A DNA stretch of 63,354 nucleotides, counting the filler, from Licmophora abbreviata (taxonomy: Eukaryota): assembly GCA_900291995.1 (NCBI GenBank). It is 10 parts of 10 records of this genome, joined end to end, with 100 filler letters (N's around TTAATTAATTAA, not from the genome) between each part and the next. Parts side by side here need not be neighbours in the genome. Positions count along the whole stretch, not along the records: positions 5,785 to 16,311 come from OLMU01000602.1; positions 16,412 to 23,385 come from OLMU01000603.1; 8 more parts are not named here. One strand, given 5' to 3'. Positions 11,109-23,485 of the stretch are shown here, piece after piece (positions within the stretch are counted from its first letter, which is position 1; the number at the start of each line of letters is the position of its first letter). The notes beneath the pieces are model-generated. The model did no database searches. It was not told the DNA's origin and was given only the letters and a program-made list of their open reading frames with translations. The position numbers and the translations under genes are program-made.

Positions 11109-14100
11109 ATGGTCCGCTACGATTTGGCGGTTCTGGCACTGCTGTCCAGTGCATCCGTTTCACACGGCTTTGCGCCGCCGACCTCTCACGTGGCCCAAGT
11201 CCAGACAAACACTGATATCGAATGGTCCCGCCAACATGAGGCGAAATTTATCGTCCTCTACCTTGTACGATGACAATGATGCCGCCGCGAAGACAATACA
11301 GAAGCTCAAAGACGATGTGAACAAGCTAGGTTCTGCGTACATTGACTCTATTCAACGCGTAGTTCAAGAAAACATGGACGGTGACGAGGATGCCTACGAA
11401 GCCGAAATTGCCTTGAAGAAGAAGATCATTCGCGATCGCAGTCGCGACTACAAGGTGACACTCCCTTTGAATCCTGCTGCGACGGATGGTGTGCCGCTGG
11501 GACTGTCACTATGTCAAGTTGGTAAAGGATTGGAGTTCTCGGATGTCGACTTGGACCTCGATACCCTCCGTTATCTCGACATGGGTGACACGGGCAAGAA
11601 TGACGACGAGATATTATGTGTATCGGAACTTAAGCAAAGACTCGACGAGACGTTTCAAGGTTTGGTAGTCTCGGGTGTAGCCAAGGAAGGCCTAGCGTGG
11701 AAGTCCGGGGTACGACCCGGGGACAGATTGGTGGCTACGTCGGCGACTGTCGGAGACGCGCTCTGGCCGAAGAGCAGCTTGGCCGGCGTAAAGTCGGCGA
11801 TCTCGTCACGAAAAGTTGCGTCGGGAGAAATGGTGTTTGAGTTTGAGAGAAGCACTGTCGAAGTTGGTAGTCAGTATGAATTGACGCTGACGAAGCCACT
11901 CGGACTGCAGATCAAAGGTACGTGTCGCTTGTAAAATCTATGCACAAGTGAGGAAGAAAATACCCATCTAACTCACAACTGCCTTGATTGCTGTATCTTT
12001 TAGAAACGGAAGATGGATACGTTGAAATAACTGGCTTTACGGCAAATGCGCAGAAGTTGGCAAGATTCGCCATCAGACCAGGCGATCGAATTTTGTCGGT
12101 GGGCTCGGCTATTGGCGATCGCATGTGGCCTGTGTCGACTGTTGAAGGCGTCATTTCGTCTTGTACGTCGCGATTACCCGGACAGCCGATCCGAATGCGA
12201 TTCCTGCGACCTTATTCCAGTGAAACAGAAGCTGTGTCAGAGCAGACAGAGATGGCGACACTGGCAACGATGGCGAATGTTGCCGATAAAAGCCTTACTA
12301 TCGAAACAGCTTCCGAGACGGCTACAAAAGAGCTGCTGAAGCGATGTCGCGAGATGTTGCGACGGTACAGTGTGGAAGCGGAGAACGCAGCACAGTCCAA
12401 ATTTTCCGGAAAGTATGCGGTTCCGTCTTTGGTCGCCGACAAAGTTTTGGATGCTGTCGCAAGTGCGTCTGCGTCGTTGGACAGCGTGACGTTGTCCATG
12501 GTGATGAATGCCTATTTGTCGTGTCGGCAGCCAGAAAAAGCGATCCGCGCATTTGAGGGGGCCACTGGCTTAAAAGCTGATGGCTCGTCTGCATCGGTGA
12601 CCGAAGCTATCACCGGCAAGGAAAACGGCGGCAAGCTCATGAAGAATCCAGCTGCTTTGAATCTTGTCACTGGCTCGTCGGTGATGCGTGCTCTCTCCCT
12701 CATGGGAGACTCGGTAGCTGTCCAGAGAGTACTGGCTGCCTTGGAAGGACGGTCCAAGGTTCAGTTTCAAGGCATTGAAACTGGAGAGTGGCCTGGCACT
12801 GGTGTATACGGATCGATCGTGTCCGACACGCAGTGCTACAATATTGCTCTCTCTGCTGCCGCAAAGTCGAAGGGAGACGCCGGAGTCGACGCGACTCTTG
12901 AATTGTTTCGTACCATGGCAGAGCCGAGGCAGACGGATGCGAAGCCTCAGAAGGATTTGGTGTCGTACAATACAGTTATTGATGTTTTGTCAAAGCGTTC
13001 GAGGTCTGACGAGGCTTTCTCTGTCTTTGATGATATGAAACGAGCCGGGGTGAGACCCGACAAGTACACGTACACGTCGTTGATTACGTCGTGTGTCCAC
13101 CCAGGGGACATGCAGGAATTGCATTACGACATGAAGGAACAGGGGGTGCAGCCCGATGCCATTACATACAACACTATGGTTAAGTCGCTCTGTAAGCGTC
13201 TGCAGTTGAACGATGCCAAGAAGATGATTTCTGAGATGGAATCGCGCGGCATTGCTCCAGACTCTATGACATATGGGCATCTCATGAATGGATTGCTCAG
13301 AGCAAAGAAACCGAGCACATGTCTTACTCTTTTTGAAACAGCATGCGCCAACCTTCGCACAGCGCCGCTGATGGAGAACGTCCACCTGTACACGACCGCG
13401 ATAACAGCAGCCTCGGCGGTTGGAAATCACGAACGTGCGTTCGAACTTGTTTCGCGAATGAACGCCGCGGGTATCAAGCCCAACCTCAAGACTCTGACCG
13501 CACTTATGGGTGCTTGTCTATCTTCCGGAAAGAGCCAGCTCGCTGTCGATGTGTATGAACGCATTGACAAGCCTGATGGCCGTGCTATGATGGCTGCCAT
13601 GCGTGGAATGTGTGCAAATGGAAACCACGGACAAGCAGCGGAACTTCTGTCTACACAGCGCTCTGGAACTCTCACAATGTCGGGCAGAGAGGTCGTCACC
13701 TCCTACCAGGAATTGATTGTAGCATGCTTAAAAAGCGAGGATTATTCAGAGGCAAAACGGATCGTCGTAAGTTTACCACCGTGCTTCATGTTTGTTTCGA
13801 TTGCTGGTGCATGTAGTCTAGCCCAAACACCTCACCATGATTCTTGCTGTCTTTTCACAGGTCGAGCTTGTTGATAGTGGATACATCCCCTCAAAAGCGC
13901 TTCTGCACAGCATCGTTGAGACACTCGGTCTCGCGCCGCAGAAGAAGACGAGAGGACTCGGGCATGGACTTGCGAGACCGGATATTCCAGAAGCGAAGTT
14001 TGATTTCCTCCTGTTTGTGACCGACTCATTACGGGATAGAAACCTGCCTTGTGACGGTGCGTTCTACTCTTCCCTCTTGTATGCGGGAGCGCGCATGGGA

Positions 14101-14415
14101 GGGTTACGTCGCAAGCTCGCCTCCTTGATGGCACAAGCCCGGGCGACAAGTACGAATTTTGTCATCAAGACCGAAGATCCTAGCCGCGACGCCAAGCCCA
14201 TTGTTAGATGGCAGGACCTCGCACAACACTATGACGAATACAAGAAACAACTTGCCAACGACGAAGTGCTTTTGCCAAGACTAGTGGTCCGCATGTCGAG
14301 CAAGGAGGTACGGCAAGTACTCGCGGCGGAACAGAGAGTGTCGTATGACTCTCGACGTCGACAACGAAAAACGACCGGGGTGCAGCTCGCCTACAATGCG
14401 CCTTCAACACCATAG
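11109..14415 (+). CDS. Plastid-targeted protein with two PDZ-like domains and PPR repeats; introns 11918-12003 and 13767-13860; apparent +1 insertion near 11194-11196
   Basis: Leader MVRYDLAVLALLSSASVSHG-FAPP; PDZ-like PLGLSL..GLVVSGV..GLAWKSGVRPGDRLVA and KPLGLQI..IRPGDRILSV; P-type PPR repeats DLVSYNTVIDVLSK, GVRPDKYTYTSLI, GVQPDAITYNTMVKSLC, GIAPDSMTYGHLMNG, GIKPNLKTLTALMGAC. Confidence 0.85.
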
Positions 14416-14844
14416 ACTTCATCCAATACTGCATGTATCTTGGGTATAACAAGATAAGGACAAACTGCTAAGCTAGACGACTGTTGTCCATCTATCAAAG
14501 GTTTCGTACGAAATGTATGATCGTATGCGATACCCGCATCACGCTGGTATAGTGTCTGGGACAATTCCGACACGGTGACCGAATTTTCTTACCAGTAGGC
14601 CCCTCCTCTGCCGTTGTCCTCTTTCGGGAGGACGAACTTGTCTCGATTGACGACTAGACCACCATCTCAACCGAACTCTTCTATGGACGGGCGATGGACG
14701 GGGATGGTCCTCGAATCTTCGAGAATATTCCAAATCCTGCTCAGGCAAGTCACAAAACGCCGCGACGGCGTCGGCCGCACACAACATAACAACAAATAAC
14801 GCGACGGGCGAGAGTTTCTCACCAGTCAAACATAGTTTCCTTCA

Positions 14845-15728
14845 ATGAGCTTTCTCCCAACGATGGATGCTGATAATGGCGTCTTCCGTGCTTGGTGGTT
14901 CGATCCGCTTATGGCCACGGTTTCTTTTGGATTCTGGTGAGCAAGAGTGTGTATGTGGTGTGTGTACCGCGGTGATGTTTGTGGCGTATATTCATCAGGA
15001 TTGTCTGAATCTCTCTTCGCTGACACATCCTACATTTCATTACTTTCCAGGATCCACCTGTATTGGTATCACGAACGCAAGCGAGGTCTGTCGACCGACA
15101 ATACTTTGCAACAGACGTTCGGTTTGGACTGGGGCCCGTTGTTCAATTCAGTGGCAAGCTATTGGATCGGCGTGTACCTCTTCAAGTGCGTGATGCCACC
15201 TCCCGCAGGCACCCTCCCTGACGGCATTCCCCATGACGCGGAAGATATCTGGTACCTACTTGCAGAGTTAATCTCTGGGATCATCTGTACGACTTTTACA
15301 TTTTCTTTCTTCATTGGGCCATGCACGAGCTTCCATGGCTCAAATCATGGCATGCGCGACACCATGACCGAAGAGAAGCGCTGGAGGCTCGCGATACCTT
15401 GCGTCACTCAGTGCTTGATGGATCGCTGCAGGTGGCCATGAACATTCTTGCGCAAAGGCACACGCCGTGGGGAATGGTCAAGTCGAGACTCGCGCGGGCG
15501 CTTCACAACATTCTGGTAACGTGGATGTTGGTGGAGAGTCATACTTCCTCTCCATTTCCTTATATATGGAGACGATGGCTGGTAGGAGTTCGAGAACACC
15601 GATGGCACCATATAGGAGCGTATAAGAGCAAGAAATCTGGGGCCTATGGAAAACATCATCGACACCAACAGTTCTTCGGCTATCTCGATGATGCCCGCGC
15701 TTGGTATTACATGCAGACGCAACCGTGA
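14845..15728 (+). CDS. Fatty-acid hydroxylase / sterol desaturase superfamily membrane protein; intron 14937-15050; apparent 1-bp deletion at 15285/15286
   Basis: His boxes (YDFYIFFL)HWAMH, HARHH, ESH, HRWHH and HQQFFGYLD; the frame switches at ATC ATC TG TAC GAC. Confidence 0.8.
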
Positions 15729-15995
15729 TGGACGAAAAGTTCGAACGTATATAGTAGATCGTGGAGAATAGACTTTATAGTTTCGTGGATGTACTGTAAC
15801 TGTCCATGCCGTCCAGCTAACCTCTTAGTCTACAGCGCAGCAACGAGTGATAGCCCCGCTTCTAGTATTTCTGGTAGAAATGAGACCAGTTCTAGGAGTT
15901 TCCGAGTTTTCTTTCATATTTAAGATTTTTAGGTTGCCAAACTTGCATCGATTCTTGCCAATTTGTCATTTTCTGCGTTCGTCGCAGCTGCAACC

Positions 15996-16656
15996 ATGGC
16001 GTCGCCGTCGTACGACCGCGATGAAAGATCAGCTCCTCTAAATCCGTTTCCTCGCTCGGGTCCTCAACAGTCAGCTGATGGATGGGTTGTGTTCGTCACT
16101 GGGGTGCACGAAGATGTACAAGAAGATGGTGAGAGGCTCAATGTTATGATAGAGTTACCGACTGCTCTTGCTGAGATTATATCTTTCGTACTCATCTCCC
16201 CCGCTTTTCACGGTCTGTCCCTCTTAGATATCCGAGAAGCATTTGCCGAGTTCGGAACGGTAAAGAATCTTCATTTGAATCGAGACCGCAGGACTGGTTT
16301 GACTAAGGGATNNNNNNNNNNNNNNNNNNNNNNNNNNNNNNNNNNNNNNNNNNNNTTAATTAATTAANNNNNNNNNNNNNNNNNNNNNNNNNNNNNNNNN
16401 NNNNNNNNNNNTTCACGGTCTGTCCCTCTTAGATATCCGAGAAGCCTTTTCCGAGTTCGGAACGGTAAAGAATCTTCATTTGAATCGAGACCGCAGGACT
16501 GGTTTGACTAAGGGATACACTTTGATTGAATACACCGACTTTGCGGCCGCACAAGATGCAATCAATGGCCTTCACGAGTCGGATCTCATGGGAAAGACAA
16601 TACGTGTCGACTGGGCGTTTGTGAAAGGCGGTAGCGGAGGAAGAAAGCATGGGTAG
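15996..16656 (+). CDS. RBM8A: RNA-binding protein 8A / Y14 (exon junction complex); intron 16129-16227; spans a gap with duplicated flank
   Basis: [57 protein letters not shown] are Y14 signature motifs. Confidence 0.93.
16207..16516. repeat. 105-bp duplication on either side of a gap (16207-16311 vs 16412-16516), 2 substitutions
   Basis: gaagcAtttGccgag versus gaagcCtttTccgag, otherwise identical. Confidence 0.92.
16312..16411. other. Artificial assembly gap spacer
   Basis: N44-TTAATTAATTAA-N44. Confidence 0.99.
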
Positions 16657-16784
16657 CTGAGGCACCAATCGATTCATTGAATGATTCATCATTGGGACTT
16701 TTAATTTTCGTAAGAGGGCCGACTTTTCCTACAACTACTGCTTCCTATCGTGGACAAGTGAGAGCTCTGCGTTTTGTGCTCTTC

Positions 16785-19700
16785 CTAGCCCCATCTACTG
16801 CCACGATCTCTCGGGGCATCGCGTTGATCACGACCACTGCCTCCGCGATTGCCGCTCCGATCCCCTCCACCCGAGCGACCCTCATAGCGGCCTCCGCCAT
16901 ACCCGCCGCCCCGGTCGCCTCCGTAGCGGCCACGATCACGATCGTCGTAGCCGCCTCCGCCGCCTTCTCCGCGACGTTTCGACGGAGGAACATAGCTCCT
17001 TCCCGAGGATGCGGAATCCAAACCACGACTCGGTGGCGGTGCTCTAGACGACTGCCTCTCTTGTTCCTTCCGATCACGCTGTTCTTGCATCCGCGCCAAC
17101 TCCGCCTGTCGGTGCTTCTCTTCTTCTGCATCCTTTCGGCGCTTCTCTTCCTCGCGACGCGCCCTCTCCTCTTCCGCTTTTCGCTCTTCTTCCTCTCGTT
17201 TCAGTCGAGCCTCCTCTTCACGTTGTCGCTTCGCTTCGTCCTCCTTTCTCTGACGAGCTCGGGCGAACTTTCCTTCTTCTGCCTCCATCTCGGCACGTTT
17301 GTCTTCTTCAGCACACAATTCCTGATGTCGGATCTCACGGCCTTCCATTACTTTGCTCTGGAATTCCTCCATGTAATTAAGCACCGAGAACTCTTCTAGA
17401 AGAGCCTTTTCCTTCACATCGGCCTCCCATGCGAGTTTGGCCTGCTTGGCCTTTTCGACGATTTCAGCCTCGTAACGCTCGCGATCCAATTTGCTTTTTT
17501 CTTCGTACTTTGTCTTGATCAACGGTAGCTCCTCAATACGAACAGCACGAACAAGGTAGTCCAATCGCTTGGCAGATTCGCGGACTTTGCGTTCTGCCGC
17601 CTCTCGCTTCTTGTTCGCTTTGTCGGCGTGCTCTTTGGCTAGGGCCGCTGTGTCCACCTTGGACATATCCTCCTCCGTCATACCGTCGGTACTGCGGCCC
17701 ATTGCTTCAAGATACTTCTTCTTTTCCATATTCTCCATTTCCCTTTGAATCTTGAGCTGCTTCTCCCTCTCGCGAAGGCGTTGCTCGCGTTGAATACGTT
17801 TCTCCTCTTCGGCCTTGCGAGTCGCTGCCTCTTCCGCCTTGACACGAGCCTCTTCTCGAATCTTCTCCTGTGCAAGTCGCTCCGCCTCTTCCTTACGCTT
17901 CTCAATCGCGTTCTTGCGGTCAAGAATGGCCGTGTGCTCTGTTTGTAGATTGGAACGAATCTCGTGGTAGAGCTCGGATCGTTTCCCGACGAGGGCAGAA
18001 TCGTCGCCTGGCTGCAACAGCCGCACGACTGCCTCCAGCTGCTTCGACAAGACGGTGAGCTGCGAGCGCATGGCGTCCGACTCCAGCTCCACGTCTCCAA
18101 ATCGCAGACACCCAGCGCGATGGTCAATGCGCACGCTAAGCGTCTTGCTCTGCGTGAAAAGAACAATCGCCTTTTCGACTTGCTCGAAGGACATGTCCAA
18201 GCCGGACGTCAACTTTTTGAGATGATCCATCGAGACGGTGTGGTATGCGGCTGACAAGTTTAAGAGAAGCTTGAGAAGCAAGACCTTGGTAAGGGGCTTG
18301 ACGTAGCGGCCCAAAGTGTTATCTTCCACATCCTCGTTGAGTTCTTCAGAGTCGGTACTCGTAGTCGCTCCGACCTCTTTCTTGAGTTGTTCGAGAAGAG
18401 GGCGCGCCTTTTGCACCATCACTAGTGGATCTGTTGTTTCCTCCAACAACTCATAGAGCTCCTTGATATACGGCGGGACATTCTCCATGATGTTCTTGGA
18501 ACGAATCTCACTCAAGAGAGCCTCTCGCGTGGGATGACGCGTGTGAAAGCCCAGCAGCGTCGCCATGCGGGCCCTCTTTTCCTTCATGATGTCGTCTTCG
18601 ACGGTACTCGTGATTCCATGCTGCTTGCTGTCCGACGAACTGCTCGCCATGGACGGGATACACAATGTCGCCAGCAAGACCGCCGACCCTTGCATCTTCT
18701 TCATATCTTCGCTCATTGATCGATTGTACTCCTTACAAAGCGTAAAGTACTTGTACCAGGCAAAGGCGTGAAAGAGATAGTTCTCGCTGACCCAGAAGAG
18801 CGTGGTGAGCTTTTCATAATAGGCCGCCATGAGTTTGGCCTTGGGAGGCGGGGCGTCAGGGTTCTGCTTGCGACGGGCATGAGAAATCTGCAAAATGTTG
18901 TAAATATCTTCGACGGTACGAAAGCCTTCGGTGTACAAGTGCAAGACAGAAGCCGTCTCGAGCTGTGCAAAGCGTGTCTCTAAGTGAAATTCGATCGAGT
19001 CGGAAGTCCATCCTTCCCAACCTCGAATCTGCATTTCGTGTGAAGAGAAAGAGACGGTGAGGCGACTGAACGACATTACGCAATCGGGCAATTTCTTCAG
19101 CTCTCTTTCGTCTTTACCTTGTTGTTTGGCTTGCTATCGGGGAGCATGACAGTTCCGTACTTGGTCAAGTTTCCGAGATGCATGCGCAGCATGTCACACA
19201 AGCGACGAAACTCGGTACGGCGCTTGTACACGCGACAAAAGCGAAGGGCGCCCTGGGCGGCCGAGTGATAGGCATGTTCCAGTTTCGAGTTTGACTTCAA
19301 AATGTCGAGAATGGTACGATAGGTTTCCCACAGGAATTTAAGCGACGGCAACAATAAGGTACTGTCGCGTTGCGTTTTGGCAGGGTCCGCCGACATTGTA
19401 CTCAGGAGAATGGCTTCCGGTGACGAGGCTCCCAGTTCGTCATCTTCCGCCTTGGATTCCGCAGGATTCGTATCCGAAATGGCATCGGAAAGAGCCTTAG
19501 CATCGATACATTTTTGCTCCGCTTGTTCCATCAAGTACCGAATGACCTTTTCCAAGCTACCCGGTGCTTGAGACTGGGAGAGGTTACGATACTGGTGGAG
19601 ACCGTCCTTTGCTTCGCGCGACTTGTGAAGTTTCAAACAGAGGTTGAGATAGGTCAACATGATTTGTTCGTACGTCGGAGACCAAGTGCGCGAGTGACGA

Positions 19701-19816
19701 CGCGAGCTCAACACCTCGTGGAGCAGCTGCAATGCCGCATCCGATTGGCGAATGCTCTCCAGTTCCAAAGCACGACGCAAGGCGAGTTCGGGCTTGTACA
19801 GAAACGAAGACGCCAT
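16785..19816 (-). CDS. EIF3A: Eukaryotic translation initiation factor 3 subunit A; intron 19029-19117
   Basis: KPELALRRALEL, AKDGLHQYRN, KFLWETYRTILDILK.NSKLE, RRTEFRRLCDMLRMHL, EGFRTVEDI, NYLFHAFAW, LDYLVRAVRIEELPL, charged coiled coil and RG-rich tail. Confidence 0.96.
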
Positions 19817-20291
19817 GTTTTGTGTGACTTATATGCGAGGCTCGGTTTCTTTTCGCTGAGTGTCTTTTTCACCTCTGCAAGCAGCAAGTGCTCGATTCAA
19901 GTCAGAGTTGTCACGAAGCTTCGGCTCTGTTGGACAAGAGTGGGATCGATCGATTGAAACACGGCCGTCGTCCTTGTCCTTGTTGCCTTTTGATGCATGC
20001 ATTTGCTCGTCTCTATCATCGCGTCTTTCATTCATGTTGGTGGCAGCCTCATAACCGGTTGAAATCTGTACGGTGGAGAATAGACTTGGGTATAGAGCTC
20101 TAAGTATAGCTCGTGATCTGAACTCTCGAGCTCTCGAGGTACGCAAATAGATGACTTGCGTCATTCGATTTCACGCCGCCCGCGCTCGACCATGACGGTG
20201 ATGGGCAATGTGTTGTCACCCGAAAGCGTCGTCGTTGACGACAGTTATCAACATTACTCCCTCCAAGCCTGCATAGAGTATCCTTGAAACC

Positions 20292-22123
20292 ATGTTCCGA
20301 CATGCAGTCACCAGATACGCTCTGCTGCTACCCTGGATACTTCCATACTACGGCGGCACTTTCGCCATCACAACAGCACTTTCGAACATGCCTCCGCTCA
20401 CCAAAATGGCCGACCATCTTCCCCTCGCACGTCAAGCCATGGACTATTTCGATCGCTCTCCAGATCCGTTTCATGCCGTGCAGACGTCGATCGATATTTT
20501 AAAAGCGGCTGGCTTTCAAGAGTTGGACGACTCGGAGCAGTATTCAGGGAAACTCCATCCGGGCGGCAAGTATTACTTCACCCGCAACAAGAGTACGCTG
20601 GTGTGCTTTTGTGTGGGTTCCAAATACAGGTCTACCAGTGGGGGATTCAAGGTGATCGGAGGACATACAGATTCACCAAATCTCAGAGTGAAGCCGAGGT
20701 CCAAGCGGAGTAGCAGCGGGTGTACACAGATTGGAGTTGAGTGTTATGGAGGCGGACTTTGGCATACGTGGTTTGATCGGGACTTGGGAATAAGCGGAAG
20801 AGTGCTCGTGAGGAATGAGGAGACCGGTGGCATTGAACAAAAGCTGGTCAAGATTGACCGAGCCGTGTTGCGCATCAGCAATCTGGCGATACATCTGCAG
20901 ACTGCCGACGAGCGAGTAGCATTCAAGGTCAACAAAGAGGACCACCTGAGCCCGATTCTAGCCATTGAAGCCGAAAAGGTAGGGAGTCAGTGCGACATGC
21001 TCGTATGCACGTTCTTTAGTGTATTCATTGTAACGTCGCTCACTCTTGAGTCATAACAATAGGCACTCACTGGCGAGAAGAAGACTGGCGACTCGAACGA
21101 CGCCAACACGGACGGGTGGACCGAGCACCAGGAACCAATCCTCTTGCAGCTGCTTGCCAACGAGCTGGGCATCGAAACGTCCCAGATTGCCGACTTTGAG
21201 CTCAACTTGTTCGACACACAAAAGGCCTCGCTGGGTGGCGCCTACTCGGAATTTGTACATTCGTCCCGGCTCGATAATCTTGCGAGCTGCTTCCTGGCCG
21301 TAAAGGCTCTGATTGAGTATGTGGAGAGTGGCGACTTGGAAAGTGACGAGGACGTGTCGCTCGTAGCTCTGTTTGATCACGAAGAAGTAGGGAGTTCAAG
21401 CGCGTAAGTAGTGCTTGATCTCACCGGAGACGAATGTGTCCTATCTGGGTTTGACTCATCTGCCTGACATGATATTCCGTTTCACATCGGTCCGCGACAG
21501 GGTTGGGGCTGGATCGACCATCATGGGTGAGTCAGTGAAGCGTATTTCGGCGGCTTTATGTCAAGGGGAAGGCAATATTGATGTCTTCGAGGGGGCAGCG
21601 CAAAAGAGCTTTGTGCTCAGCGTCGACCAGGCGCATGCGATCCATCCGAACTATGCAGCCAAGCACGAAAAGGGACATCAACCCAAGATGAACGGCGGCA
21701 TGGTGATCAAGCGCAACAGCAATCAGAGATACGCGACGAACGGTATCACTGGTTTCATCGTGCGGGAGATTGCCCGCAAAGCTGGTTTGCCACCGGTCCA
21801 GGAGTTTGTTGTCCGTAACGACTGCGCCTGCGGAAGTACGATTGGTCCCATCATTAGTGCCGCGACAGGCATTCGTGCCATTGATATGGGCTGTCCGCAG
21901 CTTTCGATGCATTCCATTCGCGAAACGATGGGAGTTTCTGACAGTAAGTGGTTTCTACTGTAGCTAGAGTTACCGAGCTGGTTTCGTTTGTTCGTTAGTC
22001 CCTTCCGTCTAACACTGTGGCTTTGTCTTGCTCCGATCTACTGGAGTAGTGAGTAACGGTCTTGCACTCTTCAGGGCGTATTTCAAGCATTTTCGAGAGG
22101 TCGATGCGTCAATAGAGCAATAG
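20292..22123 (+). CDS. DNPEP: Aspartyl aminopeptidase (peptidase M18); introns 20979-21062, 21404-21500, 21944-22049
   Basis: GGHTDSP, ECYGGGLWHTWFDRDL, LAIHL, RLDNLASC, FDHEEVGS, DQAHAIHPNY, CGSTIGP, DMGCPQLSMHSIRE. Confidence 0.95.
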
Positions 22124-22228
22124 ACAACTAACTATGATTTTACAACTTGCGCTGTACTTTAAAGTTCATCTACAAAGCTATCGAACAATCTAGAGAGCAT
22201 ATCCCGCCTCCATGGCATCAGAGTCGCG

Positions 22229-23385
22229 CTACGCTCCCACCTTGTTCTGAAGCGATGACCACAGCCAAGCGAGGACCAAGCCCACAACGACCCAGGTTTG
22301 GTAGTCCTGCAGTCCCATCCATGGATCGTGGAAGAAGACAAAAGGCCACGGACAGCGGCCACCGCCATGACTATTTTTCTCTAGCGTTGTCGTCGGTCTG
22401 GCGCTCGCATGCGGGTTCGGCAACATTGCAGTTGCACCCCCGCTGAGATTGGCAAATGGGCACTTTTCGACTTTCTTCGTTGCATCGTTCGAATCCTCCT
22501 CCTCAATGCCCTGGTCAAATTCGAGAACTTCCTCCAGACTCCTCACGCGTGCTGCCGGAACGTTCGCCAGCACATCGAGTTCTTCAAACAATCGCATGTT
22601 GAGCAAGAAGGCAATATTGGCCTCCCGCACAAGCAGCCGAATATCATCGTCGCTCAGCTTCATTTCATCCAACGCTCGGCGGTACTTATCCTTGAAGACT
22701 TTCGCACTCTGGATATGCTCAAATTCATAAAACGCAAGTCCCTCGTGGTCGTCTTTGGACAAATGCAAGGCCCGACGCGCCACACGCGCCAAAATCTTGC
22801 CGCCCGACAGGTCGCCCAGATACCGCGTGTAGGCATGAGAGAGAAGGAGGAGAGGCTGTGTGGCAGCAATGTGCTGCAATCGATCGACGTAGTCTCGTGT
22901 CGCACTCGACAGTGTGTCGTCACTGCAAAGATTCACATGTTCACCGTGCCAATAGTCCACGTCTTCCAAGAGCGTCTGTTTGCGATTGAGTTCCTTCGGA
23001 AAGTGGCAGGCTCCAAAGTGCTGTGAGGCGTGGTGATCTAGAAGGTCTTCCATACAGTCGTAGACGTGATACAGTTTCAAGACCAGTTCCTTGTAGAGAC
23101 CCCGGTCAATCTTGCCGACGATGAAGTTTTTGACAAAGTGGACATTTTCGGCTGCCTCGTGGGAGGCGGCAGTTCCGGACTTGAGTGCTTGCGAGAGCGA
23201 CGTCGAGGATGGGGTTGGAAGAGCTGCAGAAGCAGCAAGAGTAGGAATTGTAGGTTTAGAAGACTGACTCTTCGACTCGACCTGCGGGTCCTCCTGCTCT
23301 TCCTCGTTCTCCAACAAATCTTCCGCCATTTTCGCCATGATGGCTGCGAGCGACCATTCTTCCATGGCTTGAACAAACGGAACTC
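22229..23385 (-). CDS. Heme oxygenase with C-terminal CP motifs and membrane anchor (5' end lost in gap)
   Basis: LKSGTAASHEAAENVHFVKNF (proximal His), HAYTRYLGDLSGGKIL, EANIAFLLNMRLFEEL; KCPF and RCPW; hydrophobic tail WVVVGLVLAWLW; frame open up to the gap. Confidence 0.93.
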
Positions 23386-23485
23386 NNNNNNNNNNNNNNN
23401 NNNNNNNNNNNNNNNNNNNNNNNNNNNNNTTAATTAATTAANNNNNNNNNNNNNNNNNNNNNNNNNNNNNNNNNNNNNNNNNNNN
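23386..23485. other. Artificial assembly gap spacer
   Basis: N44-TTAATTAATTAA-N44. Confidence 0.99.

Noticed and set aside
16677..17399. 240-aa hydrophobic plus-strand ORF
   Set aside because: Antisense shadow of the Glu/Lys/Arg-rich eIF3a tail
22485..22500. GTTCGAATCC resembling a tRNA T-arm
   Set aside because: Inside heme oxygenase coding sequence; no cloverleaf seen
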